NCBI GenBank assembly: GCA_009903795.1
Contig: WYER01000005.1
Coordinates: forward strand, 21,659 to 85,658
Direction: 5' to 3'
Length of the DNA stretch: 64,000 nt
Source: Nitrososphaerota archaeon
Lineage (GTDB): Archaea > Thermoproteota > Nitrososphaeria > Conexivisphaerales > UBA164
The notes under the pieces were generated by a model. It searched no databases. It was not told where the DNA came from and saw only the letters and a list, made by a program, of their open reading frames with translations. Both the position numbers and the translations under genes were made by a program. This document shows positions 57,331-64,000 of this stretch, one piece after another (within the stretch, counting starts at the first letter, position 1; each line of letters opens with the position of its first letter).

Positions 57331-58668
57331 ATGGAAAAAATCAGCCTTCTTTATAAAGAAGAGAAAACAGCGTTTACACAATCTACTTACGATGAACAAC
57401 TTCTAAACTATCTTGCAGAGAAAGTTGGAACTCCCTATTATCTGACTGACGAACAAAAAATAGGTAAAAACTATAGCAAGTTAAAACAAGCGTATTCTAT
57501 TTATAAAGGCCCTTCCTTAATAGCTTATTCGGTTAAAGCAAACTTTAATCCTTTTGTTTTAAATTACCTTAGCAAGTTAGACAGCTATTTTGACGTAACT
57601 TCACCGGAAGAGCTTTACTTTCTTTTAAAATCAGGTGGAAAACCGGAAAATGTCATTTACACCAGTGTTACTGAAATGGAAGAAGAATACAGAAACGTCA
57701 TGTCTAAAGGAATCAGAAGAATTGTTGTAAGTTCTATGAGAGGACTTTATAACGCGCTCGAAGCTGGAAAAACGCTAAACATAACACCTGAAATAAGTAT
57801 AAGAGTAAATCCTGAGGTTCAAGTAAGAGCTGAAGTAAAATCAGCTATGAAAGTAAGCAAATTTGGGGTACCAATTAACGGAACAAACCCAGAATCAGCA
57901 TATAAAATGGTAAAAGTATTGATGGACGAACCAAACGTTAAGTTTGGGGGATTCCATTTTCACCTAGGTTCCCAGCTTGAAGATCCTAACGCTTATGTGC
58001 AAGCACTGGAAAAGGTCAAACAGCTTATATTAAAAATTAAAAAAGAAAGAGAATTTAAGATCAATTTTCTAGACATAGGCGGAGGAACACCGGTAAATTA
58101 TGGGGTAAAAGTTCCTTCCCCAGATGAGATAGTCAAAACAATCATAGATAAAATAAATGAACTGGTTGACGTCAATGGTGACTTCTTTACTTTAGCTGTT
58201 GAATCTGGTAGATACATAGTCGCAGAGTCAACGATTATGGTTTCAAAAATAGTTAATTCAAAATATTATGGAAATAAAAAAATAATATACTTAGATGCTG
58301 GTTATCACTATTTGCTGGACATCGCTTTGCTACAACAGGTTTATCCGCTGGAAGTAGTTGGAAGTAATAATGAAACTAATGAAGAAAAACCTATGGTGGT
58401 TGGCAGGCTGTGTGATTCTATGGACGTTTTTCAGGTTGGTCCAGAATCTAAGCTTGATGGAGCTGAACCTGGTAAACTTGTGGTTATAAAGAACGTTGGT
58501 GCTTATTCTATTGTTTTTAACATGCCGTTTCACAGTCAGGTAAAGCCAGCAATAGTCTACAGAACGTCTGATGGAAAATACTACCTTGCGCGTAAAAGAC
58601 AGGAATTAGAAAGCCTTTACGAAGAAGAAGGAGGGAGTTTGCTTAGAGAAAAACTAGAAATCGTTTAA
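57331..58668 (+). CDS. PLP-dependent Orn/DAP/Arg decarboxylase family 2 enzyme (diaminopimelate decarboxylase-like)
   Basis: YSVKANFNP (PLP lysine), FHFHLGSQ, DIGGG and CDSMD. Confidence 0.75.
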   Translation: MEKISLLYKEEKTAFTQSTYDEQLLNYLAEKVGTPYYLTDEQKIGKNYSKLKQAYSIYKGPSLIAYSVKANFNPFVLNYLSKLDSYFDVTSPEELYFLLKSGGKPENVIYTSVTEMEEEYRNVMSKGIRRIVVSSMRGLYNALEAGKTLNITPEISIRVNPEVQVRAEVKSAMKVSKFGVPINGTNPESAYKMVKVLMDEPNVKFGGFHFHLGSQLEDPNAYVQALEKVKQLILKIKKEREFKINFLDIGGGTPVNYGVKVPSPDEIVKTIIDKINELVDVNGDFFTLAVESGRYIVAESTIMVSKIVNSKYYGNKKIIYLDAGYHYLLDIALLQQVYPLEVVGSNNETNEEKPMVVGRLCDSMDVFQVGPESKLDGAEPGKLVVIKNVGAYSIVFNMPFHSQVKPAIVYRTSDGKYYLARKRQELESLYEEEGGSLLREKLEIV

Positions 58669-59430
58669 CTTTTGTGTTAACTTTTTAATTAACTCAACTG
58701 CTTCATTTTTCTTTTTGTCGGGTATTTCTCCAAACTTAAAATCCTTAGAAAATGCTTTGAGCTTTTTTCCTTCTAATTTTGAAAACTCGTGAAAAAAATA
58801 CACGCTAGCTTCTAACTCTCTTTTATTATCCATAAGTTGATGGATTTTCATTAAAAAAATTTGCGAACTGTTTTTATCCATAAGAAAAGCCAGCGTCTCA
58901 GCTCTTTTTCTTAAAATGGAACCTATGTTTGAGTCAATCTGCAGGGTCTCAAAAATCTCTTTTAGTATTTCAGAATTTTCTTTGATGATTTGGCTAAATA
59001 TATGTGATGGGCTTAGACTTGTACCTGTAATTACCACTGCCGGTTCAATCAACCTTGCAACAGAGGCATAAAAAGATATAGAACCTAAAGAAGAAAACTC
59101 TGATAAATGCATTATTGATTTCTTTAATGAGCTTTTTAGAATTTTTTTAATTAAAATCGATTTGTTTTCTGCTATCGCCAGGCTAAATTTAAAATTAGGG
59201 TCATAAAGGGGAATGGCTTCTTCTTTGAATAATGATTTTTCTTCATTTAATCCATAAATTATAATTTTGTTTTTATCATCTAAAATTGTGGGGGGTAAAT
59301 CAGAAGGAAATATAACCACATCATTATAACAAAAACTGTAGTTGATTTTTTTAACGTTACATCCTGTATAAATTATGGTTTTATCTTGAAATTTACTAAT
59401 GAGTCTTTGAATTAAGTCTTCATCTAACAA
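58654..59430 (-). CDS. hypothetical protein
   Basis: 258-aa ORF with no recognised motif. Confidence 0.4.
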   Translation of the reverse strand: MLDEDLIQRLISKFQDKTIIYTGCNVKKINYSFCYNDVVIFPSDLPPTILDDKNKIIIYGLNEEKSLFKEEAIPLYDPNFKFSLAIAENKSILIKKILKSSLKKSIMHLSEFSSLGSISFYASVARLIEPAVVITGTSLSPSHIFSQIIKENSEILKEIFETLQIDSNIGSILRKRAETLAFLMDKNSSQIFLMKIHQLMDNKRELEASVYFFHEFSKLEGKKLKAFSKDFKFGEIPDKKKNEAVELIKKLTQKLNDF

Positions 59431-59493
59431 AGCATCTCCCCAACTATTGTATTTTTGGATATGTTAATTTAATACCGGTTAATAAATAATATT

Positions 59494-60009
59494 ATGACTG
59501 TTCTAGAATTCGAAGGGAAAAAACCTTTTATTCATTCTTCTAGTTATGTTTCTAGCACCGCCTTAATAATAGGCGACGTAAGGATAAAAGAAAACGCCAG
59601 CGTATGGTTTTATTCTGTTTTAAGAGGTGATTCTAATACGATAGAACTTGGCGAGTACAGTAGCGTTCTTGACGGTGTTCTGATAAAACCAGACGAAAGT
59701 GCCTGTATTATAGGCAAAAAAGTAACAATAGGTAAAGGTTCAATACTAGAAGGAGTAATAATAGAAGAAGGAAGCGTTATAGGCGCGGGTTCTATTATAC
59801 TTGAAAATGCGCGCGTAGGTAGAGGCAGCTTTGTTGCAGCAGGAAGTCTAGTCCCTCAGTACATGATTATACCAGAAAACAGCATAGTAATGGGCAACCC
59901 GGCTAAAGTAGTTGGTGAAGTAAAACCGCAGCAAAGAAAATACGCTGAAGAAAGTTGGAGAAAATCCTTAATACTAAAGGATTTATATAAAAATATTATA
60001 AAAATATAA
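59494..60009 (+). CDS. left-handed beta-helix (hexapeptide) protein, gamma-carbonic-anhydrase-like
   Basis: Imperfect hexapeptide repeats (IGDVRIKENASVWFYSVLRGD..IGKGSILEGVIIEEGSVIGAGSII). Confidence 0.7.
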   Translation: MTVLEFEGKKPFIHSSSYVSSTALIIGDVRIKENASVWFYSVLRGDSNTIELGEYSSVLDGVLIKPDESACIIGKKVTIGKGSILEGVIIEEGSVIGAGSIILENARVGRGSFVAAGSLVPQYMIIPENSIVMGNPAKVVGEVKPQQRKYAEESWRKSLILKDLYKNIIKI

Positions 60010-60019
60010 TGTATTAAAA

Positions 60020-61588
60020 ATGGATAAAGAAAGTGACGAAGGAAACATTGAGTATAAACTTTTACTTGATAAACTAACAGAAGAAAAAGCTGAAAGGCTT
60101 GCTGCACAAATGCTTTACAGGCTAAACGAAGGGCACGGTGAAGCCTTTTATATTGTTGGCCTCTCTGACGATGGTCAACCTATTGGTCTTTCTGATCAAG
60201 AGTTAAGCAATTCTTTGAACAACCTAAAGATAATCGCTCAAAAAGCAGGAGCTAACATACAAATAATCAGAACTGTAATGGGAGAAAAAGGCGCAATAGC
60301 GGAAGTCTACGTTAGAAGAATAAGAAATTATCCTCCAGTAGAAGTCTCTGTAGCCCTTTTGGGGAACGTAGATGCTGGCAAATCAACTTTAAAAGGCGTT
60401 CTAACTTTCTCAACTCTTGATAATGGTAACGGTTATGCTATGTCACTGGTTGCAAGGTATTTACACGAAATAAAGATGAGAAGAACTTCTTCTGTATCTG
60501 TTCACATTATTGGTTACGATTCAGAGGGAAGGCTTGTAAACGATATATTACAGAACTATAACGAATCAGAAATTTATCTAAAAAGCAACAAAATCATATA
60601 TCTTATTGATCTAGCTGGGCATGAAAAGTATTTTAAAACTACGCTTAAAGGAATAATGGGTAATCTGCCAGATTATAATATTTTAGTTGTTTCTTTAAGT
60701 AGCGGGCCAATTGGCACTTTTAAAGAACATCTTGGTATTTCTGTAGCTCTAAAAATTCCGATTATAATAGTGTTTACAAAAGTGGATATGGCACCAAAGC
60801 CGGTAGCGGAAATGAGCATAAATGAAGTCATAAAGATGTTGAAGATGCCAGGAATTGATAAGATACCCTTTATGGTAAAGGATGAATCTGATTTAATTGT
60901 TGCATCTAAAAATATAGCTAACGGAAGGATAGTTCCTATATTTATAGTATCTAACAAAACAGGAGAAGGCATTGATCTTTTAAAGAAGTTCATGAACTTT
61001 TTGCCAAAAAGAATAAACTGGGAGGAAAGAAGAAAAGAAAAGTTTATGCTTTATATAGATGATATATTTAGAGTTGCTGGCGTAGGAACAGTTATAAGCG
61101 GATTGATAAACAGAGGCATTATAAAAGAAAACGAAGAACTATTTATAGGACCTATGGCTGATGGTTCATTTAAAAAAGTAAATGCGTTTTCTATTTATAA
61201 AAACCGCGTACCTGTTAATTCGGCTTATGCTGGGGAGTATGTAACTATAGCTCTAAACAGGGTTTCGCCGGAAGAAATTAAAAGCGGAATGATACTGACT
61301 AACGATTTAAGGTCAGTAAAGGTTGTATGGAAGTTTAAGGCTGATATAAGAGTTTTACATCACCCAACTTTGATTAAGATAGGTTATGAACCAGTTATAC
61401 AGTTAAATACAATAAAGGAGGTCGCTAAAATAATAAGCTCGCAACCTCCTTTTCTTAAGACAGGTGAATTTGGTAGCGTAGTTTTCCAGTTAAAGTACAG
61501 ACCAATAGTTATAAACGAAGGGGACACTTTTATTTTTAGAGAAGGTAAAGCAAGAGGCATAGGTAAAATAACTGGTATATTAAACTAG
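60020..61588 (+). CDS. GTPBP1-family translational-type GTPase
   Basis: GNVDAGKST (G1), DLAGHEKY (G3) and TKVD (G4), followed by EF-Tu-like beta-barrel domains. Confidence 0.8.
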   Translation: MDKESDEGNIEYKLLLDKLTEEKAERLAAQMLYRLNEGHGEAFYIVGLSDDGQPIGLSDQELSNSLNNLKIIAQKAGANIQIIRTVMGEKGAIAEVYVRRIRNYPPVEVSVALLGNVDAGKSTLKGVLTFSTLDNGNGYAMSLVARYLHEIKMRRTSSVSVHIIGYDSEGRLVNDILQNYNESEIYLKSNKIIYLIDLAGHEKYFKTTLKGIMGNLPDYNILVVSLSSGPIGTFKEHLGISVALKIPIIIVFTKVDMAPKPVAEMSINEVIKMLKMPGIDKIPFMVKDESDLIVASKNIANGRIVPIFIVSNKTGEGIDLLKKFMNFLPKRINWEERRKEKFMLYIDDIFRVAGVGTVISGLINRGIIKENEELFIGPMADGSFKKVNAFSIYKNRVPVNSAYAGEYVTIALNRVSPEEIKSGMILTNDLRSVKVVWKFKADIRVLHHPTLIKIGYEPVIQLNTIKEVAKIISSQPPFLKTGEFGSVVFQLKYRPIVINEGDTFIFREGKARGIGKITGILN

Positions 61589-63130
61589 CTGATTATCTTG
61601 TTTAATAAATGAACTAAGCTCGTTAAGCGCCAGATAGTAGCTTTCTTCTGGAGATTTTCTGTAGTTGTTTATCATTTCCAATAAATTGTCTATTCTTCTT
61701 ATTCCTTTGACGGCTAGCCATTTAAGGTAGATTTCTCTTCTGTTGAGCTCTTTTTCAAAATCTTGTCTGCTTATACCGTACCTTTGCTCTAACAATTCTG
61801 CAATCCTGCTTTCACCGGTATATTTTATTTCATCTGTTACTGGATCCCATTTAAATGAATCCTTTAACAGAACTTTTCCTGTATTGCTATCATAACCAAC
61901 TATTTCTGCTAACTCGATCATTTTTCTGGCTACCTTTTTTTCAGCACTTATCCTAAGTTGTAAACCTATCATGTTTAAAGTGCTAGCAATGAACTCCTTA
62001 GGTATGTTCATGGGTCTTGTAGACAGCCTTTCTATTGCGGCTTCTATTGTTTCAGCGTGTATCGACGATAAGCCGCCATGGCCTGTAGCTATAGCCTGCA
62101 GTAAAGTATAAGCCTCTTCTCCTCTAACTTCTCCTACTATTATTACATCAGGTCTTTGTCTTAGCGCTTCCTTTAAAAGGTCAAACAAACTTATGTTCTT
62201 TACAAACTCGGTTTGAACATCCCTCGTAACAGATGCTATCCAGTTCTGACGATAAAGGTTAAGTTCTCTTGTATCCTCAATGGTAATTACTTTATAATTT
62301 ATTGGTATAAAAACTGTCAATGCGTTAAGCGTAGTCGTTTTTCCGCTCGCTGTGCCACCTGCTAATAGTAAAGACATATTATGCTCTATAGCTATCCACA
62401 AATATGCTGCTAACTTTGCATTTAAAGTTTTAAAGTTAATTAGGTCTATTATTGTTATAGGATCTGTCCTAAACTTTCTTATTGTAAAATTTGTCCCTCT
62501 GCCTGTTATTTCTCCACCTAATGTTATTTGTATTCTGTGTCCCTCAGGAAGAGTCGCATCAACCATTGGATTAGAAAAGCTTAATGTCCTTCCGCTTTTA
62601 TAAGCGAGTTTTAATACGAATGAATCAAGCTCCTCTTTGCTGGAAAAAACAACGTTGCTCGGAAGGCTTTCGTAAAAACGATGCCACACATAAACAGGAA
62701 TGTTCGGACCGTTGCAGGAGATATCTTCTATTTCTTCATCATGAAGCATAACGTCTATCTTCCCATAACCTAACAAATCGCGCTTTATATAATAGTAAAC
62801 CTTTTCACTTTTATCAGTCATTTTTAATTCTTTAAGCCTGTTATCGATGAGCTTTTTCATATTTTCCCATATCTGTTCCTGAGACTCGTTGATATTGAAA
62901 GAAACTTTCTCGAATAAGTATTTTTTGATATCTTCTAATAGGTTTATTTCAGTATGATTTAACGTAGGCTCCAAAACATAGTAAACATAATTTCCGCGTT
63001 CATCAACTGCTATGCCTACGAGAACATTTCCTAAAGTTTCTATCTTTTTTAGATCTACAAACTGTACATTGTATTCTGGTTCTTTTTCCTCTTTTTCTTG
63101 CTTACTTTCTGTCTTTTTTCTCCAAAACAT
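61580..63130 (-). CDS. archaeal type IV pilus/archaellum-type secretion ATPase (FlaI/PilB/VirB11 family)
   Basis: LLAGGTASGKTTTLNAL (Walker A), IIVGEVRGEEA (Walker B region) and ATGHGGLSSIHA. Confidence 0.85.
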   Translation of the reverse strand: MFWRKKTESKQEKEEKEPEYNVQFVDLKKIETLGNVLVGIAVDERGNYVYYVLEPTLNHTEINLLEDIKKYLFEKVSFNINESQEQIWENMKKLIDNRLKELKMTDKSEKVYYYIKRDLLGYGKIDVMLHDEEIEDISCNGPNIPVYVWHRFYESLPSNVVFSSKEELDSFVLKLAYKSGRTLSFSNPMVDATLPEGHRIQITLGGEITGRGTNFTIRKFRTDPITIIDLINFKTLNAKLAAYLWIAIEHNMSLLLAGGTASGKTTTLNALTVFIPINYKVITIEDTRELNLYRQNWIASVTRDVQTEFVKNISLFDLLKEALRQRPDVIIVGEVRGEEAYTLLQAIATGHGGLSSIHAETIEAAIERLSTRPMNIPKEFIASTLNMIGLQLRISAEKKVARKMIELAEIVGYDSNTGKVLLKDSFKWDPVTDEIKYTGESRIAELLEQRYGISRQDFEKELNRREIYLKWLAVKGIRRIDNLLEMINNYRKSPEESYYLALNELSSFIKQDNQLV

Positions 63131-63197
63131 TATTATACAAACTTAAAGAGGTTTCCTTATTTATAAGCTTAAAACTAAAACTTTTTTAAGCTTCAGA

Positions 63198-63635
63198 TTA
63201 CCTTTTTGGTATATAACAACTATAAGGTCTCCCTTTGTTTATTTTAAGCATGGCGTTTTCTATCTCTTCGTTAGCAACGTCTATCCATTTCTGATCCCAT
63301 TTTATTTCCTCTACTTCAAAAAAAGATTTCCCACTTACAAGGTCTTTTACTATTTTCCATACTACAGTGCCGTAAAACGGTTTAACGAGTTTGCTATCGT
63401 TATATTCACATTTTGCTACAGCGCTACCCTTTTCTACAAAATATATACAATTTTTGCAGTATGAGCTCATCCAAACCACATCTCTTTGAGGTTTATAATA
63501 CTTCAGTAGCTCTTCGATGAACCTTTTTTCTCTTTTTTTATGTTCTTCCAGGAGTTGTTGTTTTCCAATTTCTGTTCGTGTATAATAATCTAGATTTTCT
63601 GTTAATTCATCGAAATCACGATCTTCTTCAGACAT
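63198..63635 (-). CDS. hypothetical cysteine-containing protein upstream of the secretion ATPase
   Basis: 145 aa with CKNC..C..C spacing that loosely resembles ORF 993..1307. Confidence 0.4.
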   Translation of the reverse strand: MSEEDRDFDELTENLDYYTRTEIGKQQLLEEHKKREKRFIEELLKYYKPQRDVVWMSSYCKNCIYFVEKGSAVAKCEYNDSKLVKPFYGTVVWKIVKDLVSGKSFFEVEEIKWDQKWIDVANEEIENAMLKINKGRPYSCYIPKR

Positions 63636-63695
63636 TCAAAATTTATTATAAAAACAGGCATATAAAAACCCTTTAGTATTTTTATTTAAAAACTC

Positions 63696-64000
63696 TCAAG
63701 GAAAATTGCTACCAGCAAGCTTAGCTTCAAGACTCTTAAAAATCATGTTTTCCTTTAGCAAGGCAATTCCGCAGCTTTTATTTATAACCTGAACTTCAAC
63801 TATGTATTCAGGATTTTCCAAATTTACTTTTCTTTTTATTTCTTCAGCTATAATTTTAATAAGTTCATTGCGATTTAGGTCAGAAAATCTGAGTTCGGCC
63901 TCTATTTTGTAAGTTGAACCTGTAGGTATCCTTTCCGCTATTTCTTTTGCTATTTTCTTTATTTCATTGACGTTAACGTAACAGTTAGTTTCCAAAGGAA
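63696..64000 (-). CDS. THUMP-domain-like RNA-binding protein, C-terminal part (the frame stays open to the window edge)
   Basis: ..STYKIEAELRFSDLNRNELIKIIAEEIKRKVNLENPEYIVEVQVINKSCGIALL. The frame has no stop before position 64000. Confidence 0.45.
   Translation of the reverse strand, partial: PLETNCYVNVNEIKKIAKEIAERIPTGSTYKIEAELRFSDLNRNELIKIIAEEIKRKVNLENPEYIVEVQVINKSCGIALLKENMIFKSLEAKLAGSNFP

Overview
AT-rich archaeal chromosomal segment. Supporting features are CDC48, archaeal-style tRNAs, ribosomal proteins L15e and S25e, a Pus10-like protein, a FlaI-like ATPase and cytochrome bd. The gene content resembles an acidophilic Thermoplasmata- or DPANN-like genome, but I cannot assign a taxon from sequence alone. 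Housekeeping genes include OFOR alpha, pyrB, cysS, proA, alaX, an M32 carboxypeptidase, a P-type H+-ATPase, a ClC channel and cydAB. They are interleaved with an unusually dense layer of mobile-element debris. This debris comprises two intact IS200/IS605-type tnpB-only elements and at least four TnpB-less miniature derivatives that keep the transposon ends plus the omega-RNA-encoding tail. It also includes several ~45-nt hairpin-only mini-elements, a decayed DDE IS with a 9-bp target duplication, and a solo end of that IS. There are four tRNA genes, one of which (Lys-UUU) needs a 13-nt D-arm intron to fold. There is also an orphan 8-repeat CRISPR array with no cas genes in the window. Gene decay is frequent: pyrB carries an in-frame TAG, a CoA-transferase has five or more lesions, a Na+/H+ antiporter is frameshifted, upp is truncated and a methyltransferase is split by an IS. 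The candidates I consider most worth follow-up are listed here. (i) The omega-RNA-bearing TnpB-less elements. (ii) A co-directional cluster of an RCK channel, an enlarged NurA and HerA beside tRNA-Leu. (iii) A ~100-nt hairpin-rich element found directly upstream of two different tRNA genes. (iv) Two collinear ~430-nt noncoding paralogs. (v) An inverted duplication of the tRNA-Met 3' flank that brackets a 2.3-kb rearranged segment. All functional calls come from reading motifs in the translations by eye; no database search was possible.
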